64,000 nt of DNA from Gemmatimonadaceae bacterium (lineage in GTDB: Bacteria > Gemmatimonadota > Gemmatimonadetes > Gemmatimonadales > Gemmatimonadaceae), in NCBI GenBank assembly GCA_013813715.1, contig JACCRF010000148.1, positions 6,562 through 70,561 of the forward strand, written 5' to 3'. The notes beneath the pieces are model-generated. The model searched no databases, had not been told where the DNA came from, and was given only the letters and a program-made list of their open reading frames with translations. Positions 9,527 through 17,902 of this stretch are shown here, one piece after another; the first letter of the stretch is position 1; each line of letters begins with the position of its first letter. Both the position numbers and the translations under genes were made by a program.

Positions 9527-11010
9527 TGAAGCACATTCTCGCGCTCGACCAGGGCACGACCAGCTCGCGGGCCATCCTCTTCGATCGCGCGGGCGGCATC
9601 GTCGCCGTCGCACAGAAGGAATTCCCACAGATCTTTCCGAAGCCCGGTTGGGTGGAGCACGACCCACGCGACATCTGGTCGACGCAAGCCGGCGTGGCGG
9701 CGGAGGTCCTGCAGAGGGCCGATGTCACAGCCGCAGATGTCGCCGCGATCGGGATCACGAATCAGCGCGAGACCGCAGTCGTCTGGAACCGCGCGACGGG
9801 ACAGCCGATTTGCAACGCCATCGTCTGGCAGGATCGGCGTACTGCATCCATCTGTGACCGGCTGAAGGCTAGGAAGCTGGATCGCGTGATCCGCAGGAAG
9901 ACCGGCCTCGTGATCGATGCGTATTTCTCCGCGACGAAGGTCCAGTGGATTCTTCAGAACGTGAAGGACGCCCGAGCCAAGGCGAAGGCGGGAGAGCTGG
10001 CGTTCGGCACCGTGGACTCATGGCTCGTCTGGAATCTCACGGGCGGCAGGGTTCATGTCACTGATGCCAGTAATGCCTCGCGAACGATGCTCTACAACAT
10101 CGCGAAGGGTGAATGGGACGACGAGCTGCTGGCGATCTTCGGCGTGCCGCGCTCGATGCTGCCTGAGGTGCGGTCGTCGAGCGAGGTGTATGGCGAGAGC
10201 ACGCTCTTGGGCGCCTCCATTCCGATCGCCGGCATTGCCGGCGACCAGCAGGCGGCCCTCTTCGGGCAAGTGTGCACGAAGCCGGGCATGGTGAAGAACA
10301 CGTACGGCACTGGCTGCTTCATGCTCATGAACACGGGCACGAAACCGATCGCCTCGAAGAACAACCTGCTCACGACGGTGGCGTGGCGGATCGGCACCCG
10401 CACCGAGTATGCGCTCGAGGGCAGCATCTTCATCGCGGGCGCCGTTGTGCAGTGGCTGCGTGACGGCCTCGACATGATCCGCTCGTCGGCGGACGTCGAG
10501 GCGCTCGCCGCGAGCGTGCCGGACACCGGCGGCGTCTATCTCGTGCCCGCCTTCGCCGGACTCGGAGCGCCGCACTGGGATCAGTATGCGCGCGGAACAA
10601 TCGTCGGCTTGACGCGAGGCACCACGAAAGCGCACCTGGCGCGAGCCGCACTCGAGGGCATCGCCCTGCAAGTGATGGACGTCCTCAAGGCGATGGAGGC
10701 CGACGCAGGCATCGAGCTCAAGGAGCTCCGCGTAGACGGCGGAGCCTGCGCCAACGATCTCCTCATGCAGTTGCAGGCCGATCTGCTGAGTGTGCCTGTC
10801 GTCCGCCCGAAGGTCGCCGAGACGACCGCGCTGGGTGCGGCCTATCTCGCGGGGCTCGCGGTGGGATACTGGAAGAGTCAGGCCGATATCGCTCGGCAGT
10901 GGCAGGCTGACAGGCGCTTCAAGCCTCGGATGAAACCGGCCGCGAGGAATCAGCTTGCCGCGGGTTGGGTCAAGGCGCTGAGCCGGGCAAAGGGGTGGGA
11001 GGATCCATAA
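9526..11010 (+). CDS. glpK: Glycerol kinase
   Basis: [50 protein letters not shown]; TGATG overlap with glpF. Confidence 0.97.
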   Translation: MKHILALDQGTTSSRAILFDRAGGIVAVAQKEFPQIFPKPGWVEHDPRDIWSTQAGVAAEVLQRADVTAADVAAIGITNQRETAVVWNRATGQPICNAIVWQDRRTASICDRLKARKLDRVIRRKTGLVIDAYFSATKVQWILQNVKDARAKAKAGELAFGTVDSWLVWNLTGGRVHVTDASNASRTMLYNIAKGEWDDELLAIFGVPRSMLPEVRSSSEVYGESTLLGASIPIAGIAGDQQAALFGQVCTKPGMVKNTYGTGCFMLMNTGTKPIASKNNLLTTVAWRIGTRTEYALEGSIFIAGAVVQWLRDGLDMIRSSADVEALAASVPDTGGVYLVPAFAGLGAPHWDQYARGTIVGLTRGTTKAHLARAALEGIALQVMDVLKAMEADAGIELKELRVDGGACANDLLMQLQADLLSVPVVRPKVAETTALGAAYLAGLAVGYWKSQADIARQWQADRRFKPRMKPAARNQLAAGWVKALSRAKGWEDP

Positions 11011-11178
11011 CGGGATATCGCGACCAGCCAACTTTCCTTTCACTCATTTTACGCTCGTCCACGACGTCACGAGCTGCGCGCCGGCCGCGTGAGCCCCATG
11101 ATGTGCCGCGACTCCTTGGCGCGGACTCGGTGGGAAGGCTGGAGACCAACTCGGGCATGCCGCGCCTCAGCCTCGAAA

Positions 11179-11886
11179 TCACCGCGCGAGCGCCGCGTCG
11201 TGGATCATGGGAGCCGGTTCGGTTGGACGTATCTCCGAAGGAGTAAGGCTGGCGGCTCTCGTCACCGACTCCCGAACAGCGTCGCGAATGCGGTCGAACT
11301 GTCCTGATGCGATCCAGTCCGGCTGCGCCATCCAAGACCCCCCACACGCGACGACGTTCTTGAGAGGAAGATAGCTCTCGAAGTTTGCGGCAGTGAGCCC
11401 ACCGCTGGGATTGAATTCGACACCAGCGAACGGCCCGGACAGCAACTGGAGATACGCGACGCCACCCAGCGTCTCAATCGGCCACAACTTGAGCAGCTTG
11501 AGTCCCGCCTCGAGCGCGGCTTCGATCTCGGTTGCAGTGGCGACTCCGGGGTAAACGGGAACGTCGTATTCGAGGCAGTAGTCAACGACTGCGCGATTGA
11601 ATCCCGGGGATATGACGAACTGTGCTCCAGCATCCCTTACCTGTGCGGCTTGCGCGACGTTGAGCACCGTCCCGGCGCCAGCCAGCATTTCGGGCCGCGT
11701 CTGCGAGATGGCGCGCAGTGATTCCAACGCCCCAGGAGTGCGAAGAGTCACCTCGGCAATCGGCAGCCCGCCGTCCAGCAGCGCGCTCGCGAGCGGCACC
11801 GCTTTCTTCGGGTCGTCGATCACTATCACCGGAATGATGCGCGCGTGCCGGAGCGCTGCTGTCATCGCCGACTGCCGGACGCTCAT
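11179..11886 (-). CDS. eda: KDPG/KHG aldolase
   Basis: EVTLRTP, GAGTV, FVISPG, PGVAT, KLWP, FNPSGG, VACGGSW; SD GGAGG before ATG 11886. Confidence 0.93.
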   Translation of the reverse strand: MSVRQSAMTAALRHARIIPVIVIDDPKKAVPLASALLDGGLPIAEVTLRTPGALESLRAISQTRPEMLAGAGTVLNVAQAAQVRDAGAQFVISPGFNRAVVDYCLEYDVPVYPGVATATEIEAALEAGLKLLKLWPIETLGGVAYLQLLSGPFAGVEFNPSGGLTAANFESYLPLKNVVACGGSWMAQPDWIASGQFDRIRDAVRESVTRAASLTPSEIRPTEPAPMIHDAALAR

Positions 11887-11946
11887 GTCGCCTCCACCTA
11901 TGCGTTGCAGCAAAGGTGCATTCTTTTTGGGGAACCCGCTATTCGC

Positions 11947-12396
11947 TTACGGAGTCGCTGGAATCTGCGCCTCGGCAACCGCGACGTTGAACGGATCGCA
12001 CCAGATGAGGACCCACGTGTACGACGCTCCACCCGGCAGCTGGAAAACGTAGGACTGCGCGCCGCCGTTGCTTTTCAGCGCGGAGACACGTAGCGGGCGC
12101 CCCGTATTCGCGTTGTTGGTCGTGTTCACGTAGACGAACGGACCCGGCACCCCGCTCACCGAGAAATCATCCGAGAAGTCGAGACGCCCCACTCCACCCT
12201 GAACACCGAAGCTTACGGATCCCCGAGCGCTGTGCCCTACGCCGACCCAGCCTCCCGTTACACCGGTACCGGCCGGCGGTTGTGACATCCCCGGCTGAAC
12301 CGGCCTTGCATCCGGCGCCGTCGGAGGTTCCGCGGAGCTGCACCCACTGATTGCAATGGAGGCGGCGACGAGACTGGTCAGGTAGAGCTGGCGCAT
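11947..12396 (-). CDS. DM13-domain lipoprotein
   Basis: Lipobox AISGC; GHSARGSV..DFSVSGVPGPFVY..ALKSNGGAQSY..VLIWCDPFNVAVAEA matches the DM13 pattern. Confidence 0.8.
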   Translation of the reverse strand: MRQLYLTSLVAASIAISGCSSAEPPTAPDARPVQPGMSQPPAGTGVTGGWVGVGHSARGSVSFGVQGGVGRLDFSDDFSVSGVPGPFVYVNTTNNANTGRPLRVSALKSNGGAQSYVFQLPGGASYTWVLIWCDPFNVAVAEAQIPATP

Positions 12397-13133
12397 GCTG
12401 GTTCTCTGCGGGTGTCTACTTGAATAACGTCACTGAGATGCGAGCGGTTCTCGCGCGCCGGCACCGGCCCGGCCTGACGAGCGGCGCCGCCAGCCGGAAT
12501 CCACTCGAGCTGGCGGATCTCCGCCGTCGCCTGAGCGCGCGTCTGGTCGGTGTCCTGCATCACGCCAACGGCCGTGATCGCGGGCGGTTTGCGCTTCCAG
12601 ATGCGCCTGTAGTCGGCGAAGGGGTCGACAGTGTGCTCGCGCCACCGCGTTCGCTCGGCCGCTCCATCGACCCGTATCACCTGCAGCTTGTCGGAGACGA
12701 AGCTCGCGCGCGCATACCCTGACGGCTCGGCATTCCCGAACGTGTAGAAGATGATTCGCGCGGAGTTGCCGAATATCCCGGGCTTCCCGAACACGACGTA
12801 AACGCGGATCGGCGAGTCGTCGAGCTTCTCGCTGCGCATGTCTGCGACCGTCGGCGCATCCAGCACGCGCCACGACCACCTCAGCATGCCGTCCGTCTCG
12901 GCGACTTCTGGAGACAGCTCACGGTAGAACCACGCGGCGCGCCCTGCGCCGTGGATTCTGAGAACGGGGCCCTCACCGTCATTCCTGACCTCGATGTTGG
13001 GCGCGGACTGCCCGCGAACCGCGCGAACCTTCCACCCGGATGGAACGCCGGCGCCTGTTCGTGCGCCGTTCAGGTCGAGTATGACCAGCGGCTCGGACAC
13101 CAGCAACACGAGCAACAGCATCAGGAAGCGCAT
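12378..13133 (-). CDS. DUF3047 family protein
   Basis: Signal peptide; LRWSWRV, DDSPIRVYVVF, DPFADYRRIW, AVGVMQDTDQT motifs. Confidence 0.8.
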   Translation of the reverse strand: MRFLMLLLVLLVSEPLVILDLNGARTGAGVPSGWKVRAVRGQSAPNIEVRNDGEGPVLRIHGAGRAAWFYRELSPEVAETDGMLRWSWRVLDAPTVADMRSEKLDDSPIRVYVVFGKPGIFGNSARIIFYTFGNAEPSGYARASFVSDKLQVIRVDGAAERTRWREHTVDPFADYRRIWKRKPPAITAVGVMQDTDQTRAQATAEIRQLEWIPAGGAARQAGPVPARENRSHLSDVIQVDTRREPACASST

Positions 13134-13137
13134 GAGT

Positions 13138-13866
13138 CTAGAGCAACATGTGCGCGAGCTCTTTCCCGCGCGGCTCAGGAGATCGGTTCGATTTCGGTTC
13201 CATCGTAAGCGCGGCTCCGATCACAGTGCCACCCTCGGCCGGCATTCCCAGTGTGAGAAACACAGGCCTCCCCGGCTCTGATGTGACGGTGGCTCCGCGC
13301 ACCATGCCGTCCGAGCAGATGAACCAGAACTGGTAGGTCTCGCCCGGCGGTGCAGGTGGAAGACCGTGGACCACAACGTTCCAGCGATGCGAGACGTCAT
13401 CAGCGAAGATCAGCAGGCCGCCTTCATGCCCATTCATCGAGATGCTCGCCTGAAGCACGCGCGCCGCCTGGCGCATGACTGAAAGCGAATCGCGAAGGGC
13501 CATCAGCTCGCCGGTTCGAGTGGAGAGTGCTCTCGCGATTCGATCGGACTCACGTCGCTCCGATACGTATAGGCCGAACGCGATCAGAACCGACGCCGCA
13601 AGCGCAATCGGGACAATCCATCGGCGCCACGCGGGCTGCCTGTCTCCGAGAACGTCGCGCAGGATCTGACGACGGAATCCCGGCCGCGGTCTCACCGGCG
13701 GAGCGCCCATCGGCAGCCATGCGAAGTCACGCTCGATCGACTGCACAGCGGCCTTGCATTCTTCGCACCGGCGCAGGTGATCGGCGAAGCTCGTTTCGTC
13801 GCCGGAGTCGAGCGTCCGGGTGACGAAGTCCACGCAATGCTCAACGTACCAGTCGTGTGCGGTCAT
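13138..13866 (-). CDS. Anti-sigma factor: ZAS zinc site, TM helix and RskA-type C-terminal domain
   Basis: HLRRCEEC (HxxxCxxC), TM WIVPIALAASVLIAFGLYV, LPPAPPGETYQFWFI..ALTMEP; ATGA overlap with the sigma stop. Confidence 0.88.
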   Translation of the reverse strand: MTAHDWYVEHCVDFVTRTLDSGDETSFADHLRRCEECKAAVQSIERDFAWLPMGAPPVRPRPGFRRQILRDVLGDRQPAWRRWIVPIALAASVLIAFGLYVSERRESDRIARALSTRTGELMALRDSLSVMRQAARVLQASISMNGHEGGLLIFADDVSHRWNVVVHGLPPAPPGETYQFWFICSDGMVRGATVTSEPGRPVFLTLGMPAEGGTVIGAALTMEPKSNRSPEPRGKELAHMLL

Positions 13867-14513
13867 AGGTTCCAATCCTTCACCGTTGCAAGTGATACAC
13901 GGAGTTTGTCGAACGCGAGTCGAAGACGTGTTTTCACGGTGCCGAGCGGAATCGCGAGATGCTCGGCGATCTCGGATTGCGTCAGGCCCCGAAAATACGC
14001 GAGTAGTATCGCGGTGCGCTGGTCGTCGGGAAGTGCCCCGATCGCGGCTTTCACCGTCTCGTGGACATGCCATCCCGGCTGCGCGGCCTCGTTCGGCTCC
14101 GTCGCCGGGGTGACGTCCTCGTCCAACCCACCGAGCGTCGCGATGAGCTGGGTCTTCATCTGGTGCCGCCGCCGAGCACGGAGCTGGTCAATGGCGCGGT
14201 TTCGCGCGATTCGGAGAAGCCACGGAACGAGATCCGAACCATCGTCGCGCACGAGTCCGACCCGGTTCCACGCGATCTCGAACGTCTGCATCACCACGTC
14301 CTCGGCGTCACCGGCGTCGCTCAGCATGGCGTGGGTCACGCCTAGGAGCCACGGAGTCGCAACGTCGACGAGCTCGACCAGGGCCTGTTCGTCACGAGCG
14401 ACGAGCCGCTGGCAAAGCTCCTTCTCGTGCAGGATGACGAACCGTCCTCCGTCGCCCGCGGATGTGCCGGCTGGCCGGGAACGCTCGCGGGATCGATCGG
14501 CGTCAGCGGACAT
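13863..14513 (-). CDS. ECF RNA polymerase sigma factor (SigK-like)
   Basis: DAEDVVMQTF, WLLRIARNRAIDQLR (region 2), LPDDQRTAILLAYFRGLTQSEIAEHLAIPLGTVKTRLR (region 4). Start codon uncertain. Confidence 0.92.
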   Translation of the reverse strand: MSADADRSRERSRPAGTSAGDGGRFVILHEKELCQRLVARDEQALVELVDVATPWLLGVTHAMLSDAGDAEDVVMQTFEIAWNRVGLVRDDGSDLVPWLLRIARNRAIDQLRARRRHQMKTQLIATLGGLDEDVTPATEPNEAAQPGWHVHETVKAAIGALPDDQRTAILLAYFRGLTQSEIAEHLAIPLGTVKTRLRLAFDKLRVSLATVKDWNL

Positions 14514-15996
14514 ACTTGAACCAGGTTCGGAACAACCCCGCCGCACGCGGCGTCAGCTTCTTTCGGCGCCACGCGTCGGCGGCTTTCCGAATTGCTTCCG
14601 ACTCGGTGGGATACGGGAAGATCGTCTCGCCGATCGCGCCAAGGCCGAGTCGCCGGGTCATCGCCATGGAAAGCTGGGCGATCGTGTCGCCGGCACGGTC
14701 AGCCACGAGTGTCGCGGCGACGATTCGATCCGAACCCTTTCGAAGATGCACGCGCAGAAAGCCGTCCTCGCTTCCATCGAGCCTGGCGCGATCCACATCG
14801 CGGAGAGGGATCGTCAGAGATTCAGTAGGCACACTACCGTTCTTCATGGATTCCCACGACATGCCGACATGCGCGACTTCCGGCTGGGTGTAGGTACACC
14901 AGGGAACGACAAGATTCTCCACCTTGGCACGGCCGAAAAAGAGCGCGTTCCGAATGACCATTCGTGCCTGCGCGTCCGCCGCGTGGGTGAAAGGCGCGCG
15001 GCCTGTGATGTCGCCCGCTGCGTAGATGCGGCGGTTCGAGGTGCGAAGGCGATTATCGGTCATCACTTTGCGGTCGTCGTATTCAACGCCGGCCGCGTCG
15101 AGCCCGAGCCCATCCACGTTGGGGGCGCGTCCGCCCGCAACGAGGATCGCATCGGCATAGGCGGTCTCCGCCACGCCGTTGCGCGTGAAATGGACGACGG
15201 CTGGCGCGCTGCCGACCACCCGATCGATCGTCACGCCGGTCAGCACCGTGACGCCGTCGCGCTCGATGGCCAGTGCGACGACCCTTGCTGCATCGGGATC
15301 GTCCATCGTGAGAATGCGATCTTCGCGCTCCAGAAGCGTCACCTTGCTTCCGAATCGCGCGAATGTCTGGGCGAGCTCCGATCCGATCGCGCCGGCGCCA
15401 ATCACGACGAGCCGACGCGGACATTCCGTCAGCGTAAAGACCGTTTCGTTGGTGAGGTACCTTGCATCTGCGAGCCCGGGTATCGGCGGAACCGCCGGCC
15501 GGCTCCCCGTGGCGATCACGGCGCGACGGAACTCGAGGTCCTGCCCACCAACCGAGGCGCGGTCCTCGCTCCTGAAGGACGCCTGTCCAAAGAACACATC
15601 GACTCCGAGCGACCGAAAGCGATCGGCGCTGTCAACGGCGCTCATGTCTGCGCGAATCCCGCGCATTCTCTTCATCACGGATGCAAAGTCGCCCTGCCCA
15701 GCCACGGCTGGTCCTCCGAAGCGGGCCTGCGCCGTCGTCGCCGCGTTCCACGAACGTCCCGATCGAATGAGTGCCTTCGAAGGAACACAACCGACGTTGA
15801 GGCAATCGCCGCCCATCCAGTGCCGCTCAACGAGTGCGGTCTTGGCGCCGAGTCCGGCGGCGATCGCGGCCGTCACGAGTCCCGCAGTACCGCCGCCGAC
15901 CACGACGAGATGATATCTGGCTTTCGGCTGCGGGTTGACCCACCCGGCAGGATGGACGTTACGAAGCCGTATCGATTCGGAGGCATCATCCGGCAC
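14503..15996 (-). CDS. MerA-like/dihydrolipoamide-dehydrogenase-family FAD disulfide oxidoreductase of unknown substrate
   Basis: GGGTAG FAD motif, redox CLNVGC, GAGAIG, YAAGD, C-terminal PYPTESE; no C-terminal CC pair and no HMA domain; GTG start after GGAGG. Confidence 0.9.
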   Translation of the reverse strand: MPDDASESIRLRNVHPAGWVNPQPKARYHLVVVGGGTAGLVTAAIAAGLGAKTALVERHWMGGDCLNVGCVPSKALIRSGRSWNAATTAQARFGGPAVAGQGDFASVMKRMRGIRADMSAVDSADRFRSLGVDVFFGQASFRSEDRASVGGQDLEFRRAVIATGSRPAVPPIPGLADARYLTNETVFTLTECPRRLVVIGAGAIGSELAQTFARFGSKVTLLEREDRILTMDDPDAARVVALAIERDGVTVLTGVTIDRVVGSAPAVVHFTRNGVAETAYADAILVAGGRAPNVDGLGLDAAGVEYDDRKVMTDNRLRTSNRRIYAAGDITGRAPFTHAADAQARMVIRNALFFGRAKVENLVVPWCTYTQPEVAHVGMSWESMKNGSVPTESLTIPLRDVDRARLDGSEDGFLRVHLRKGSDRIVAATLVADRAGDTIAQLSMAMTRRLGLGAIGETIFPYPTESEAIRKAADAWRRKKLTPRAAGLFRTWFKYVR

Positions 15997-16669
15997 TGGC
16001 GCCTCCGAGTGCACGCCTGCTCGCCCGCGCGCCAACAACTACCACCGCCGCGGTCGCTGCGAGTCCCAACAACAGAACGAGATAGTACTCAGGACCTCTG
16101 CGCATCCCCTCGCTGCCAAGTGTCGCTAGATCGCCCGCGAGCTTTCCGTAGTACACATAAAGCAGCGTCCCGGGAATCATCCCCACCGAACCGAGTACGT
16201 AAGGAAGGAATCCTACTTTCGATATGCCGAGTGCGTAGTTCAGCGCGTTGAAGGGAAAGAGAGGCGAAAGCCGCATGAGCACGATCATCCTGCCGCCCTC
16301 GGCTTCGATCGCCCGATCGATTCGCTGGAATCTCTCGTTGCCGGCGAGCCTCTTCTCGACGATCGGCCTGGCGAGATACCGCGCAACGAGAAACGCCGCT
16401 GTCGAGCCAAGCGTCGCCCCGATGAAGACGTAGATCGTTCCGTGCAGCAAGCCGAAAATCGCGCCTGCCGCGAGCGTCAGAATGAGCCCTGGCACGAACG
16501 CTACTGTGGCGATGATGTAACCGGCGATGAACACGACAGGTGCGAACGGCCCGAGTCCGTCGACCCATTCCGCAAAATTTCTCAAGGGCTCTGCCGCGAA
16601 TCGGCCGACGAGGACAAGCACCGCGATCGTCGCGGCCAGGGCGGCGCCGGCGGCGAGCCATCTTTTCAT
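15986..16669 (-). CDS. TVP38/TMEM64 (DedA superfamily, YdjX/Z-like) membrane protein
   Basis: FVPGLILTLAAGAIFG, GATLGSTAAFLVARY, MRLSPLFPFNALNYALG, GMIPGT. Confidence 0.92.
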   Translation of the reverse strand: MKRWLAAGAALAATIAVLVLVGRFAAEPLRNFAEWVDGLGPFAPVVFIAGYIIATVAFVPGLILTLAAGAIFGLLHGTIYVFIGATLGSTAAFLVARYLARPIVEKRLAGNERFQRIDRAIEAEGGRMIVLMRLSPLFPFNALNYALGISKVGFLPYVLGSVGMIPGTLLYVYYGKLAGDLATLGSEGMRRGPEYYLVLLLGLAATAAVVVVGARASRRALGGASAG

Positions 16670-17097
16670 TGAGTGCGCGAGCGTTGTCCGCGGCGTGCGT
16701 CGATCGAGAGCCTGTCTTCCGGCCGGAACGACCACAACACGAGCACACCGGCGAAGATTACTATCGACGGGTAGAAGAGCACGTTACCTCCCTCGATGAC
16801 CCAGCCATGCGGATCGACAACCGACCGCCAGACACCAAGGAGCGTGGCGGCGGTGATTGCAAGCAGCACGGGATAGGCGTACCGCCGAAGCAGGCCAAGC
16901 GCGACGAGGAAGCCGATCAGGATCTGAAAGACGCCGAAGACTTTCAGGAGTCCGGGTGCGCTGAACAATCCGAGGTAGAACGTCTCCGAGACGAGGACCC
17001 CGTGAGAGACGTTCGCCAGCTTGTCGGCGCCCCAGATCAGCATCAGCGTCCCGATGGACACCCGCAACAGCAGCAAAGAAGCCTCGCGCCGCCTCAC
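16666..17097 (-). CDS. DoxX-like membrane protein
   Basis: LLLLRVSIGTLMLIWGADKL, GVFQILIGFLVALGL; four TM segments. GTG 17097 preferred (SD GGGGGA); ATG 17133 is an alternative. Confidence 0.75.
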   Translation of the reverse strand: MRRREASLLLLRVSIGTLMLIWGADKLANVSHGVLVSETFYLGLFSAPGLLKVFGVFQILIGFLVALGLLRRYAYPVLLAITAATLLGVWRSVVDPHGWVIEGGNVLFYPSIVIFAGVLVLWSFRPEDRLSIDARRGQRSRTQ

Positions 17098-17137
17098 GTT
17101 GGTTCCCCCAGATTGGGTATGAATGTGTGACACATGA

Positions 17138-17165
17138 GTAACGCGCCGAACGCGGCCCCGGTTCT
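17138..17165 (-). promoter_or_regulatory. Putative ECF-type promoter AGAACC-N16-CGTTAC for the leftward operon
   Basis: Motif read on the minus strand, about 40 nt upstream of the DoxX GTG; the operon contains the ECF sigma. Confidence 0.45.
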
Positions 17166-17178
17166 GTCCCGCCCCCGT

Positions 17179-17206
17179 GGATCCGCGTTACGGCTCGCGT
17201 CGTTAT
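17179..17206 (+). promoter_or_regulatory. Putative ECF-type promoter GGATCC-N16-CGTTAT for the rightward operon
   Basis: Same spacing and the same CGTTAY -10 as the opposite promoter; 41 nt upstream of ATG 17248. Confidence 0.45.
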
Positions 17207-17247
17207 TTGGTCTGGCTCCTTCAGTGACTCAATTCAACCGATCCGGG

Positions 17248-17859
17248 ATGCTTGATAATCTGCTGCGACCATTGAAGGATCGCACGCTCGATCCGCTCGC
17301 ACGGGCGCTGGGGCCCGCCGTACACCCGAACGCGCTGTCGATGCTCGGTCTCGGCGCCGGTCTGGCGGCGGCAATGCTGGCACTCCGCGGCGAGTACCCA
17401 GCGGCACTTGGGGTCTGGATACTGAACCGGTTTCTCGATGGCCTCGATGGAGCGGTCGCACGGGCTCGCGGACGTCAAACCGATTTCGGCGGTTACATCG
17501 ACATTCTCGCCGATTTCGTCGTGTATGCGGCGATTCCAGCGGCGATCGTACTTGGAATGCCCTATGACGAGGATGCCTATCGGGCGCTCGTCGCTCTGCT
17601 TGGCTCGTACTACGTGAACGCGGCGTCGTGGATGTATCTCGCTGCGATACTTGAACGCCGGGGACGCGGAGCCGGCGCCCGCGGTGATCAGACGACAGTG
17701 ACAATGCCGGCCGGGCTGATCGGCGGGAGTGAGACCGTTATCGCGTACGTCGTTTTCCTGATGGCCCCGGGCTACGTCGCGAGTCTGTTCGCGGCGTTCG
17801 CCGGATTTGTAGCAGTCACCGTATTCCAGCGACTGGCGTGGGCATTGCGAAACCTTTAA
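17248..17859 (+). CDS. CDP-alcohol phosphotransferase family protein (YnjF-like)
   Basis: Signature DGLDGAVAR-x7-GGYID-x3-D; MLDNLLRPLK start typical of YnjF-like proteins. Confidence 0.9.
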   Translation: MLDNLLRPLKDRTLDPLARALGPAVHPNALSMLGLGAGLAAAMLALRGEYPAALGVWILNRFLDGLDGAVARARGRQTDFGGYIDILADFVVYAAIPAAIVLGMPYDEDAYRALVALLGSYYVNAASWMYLAAILERRGRGAGARGDQTTVTMPAGLIGGSETVIAYVVFLMAPGYVASLFAAFAGFVAVTVFQRLAWALRNL

Positions 17860-17902
17860 TCGCGGCGCCGACGCCTCAACGAATCGAAGCGAGAGTGAGA
17901 GG

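Noticed and set aside
14503-15996. Mercury resistance (merA)
   Set aside because: No C-terminal Cys-Cys, no metal-binding domain and no merR/T/P genes.
13777-16251. 824-aa antisense ORF, and similar long ORFs at 47241-48626, 60558-62108 and 62211-63332
   Set aside because: These are stop-poor shadow frames opposite clear genes in GC-rich DNA, with no recognizable motifs.
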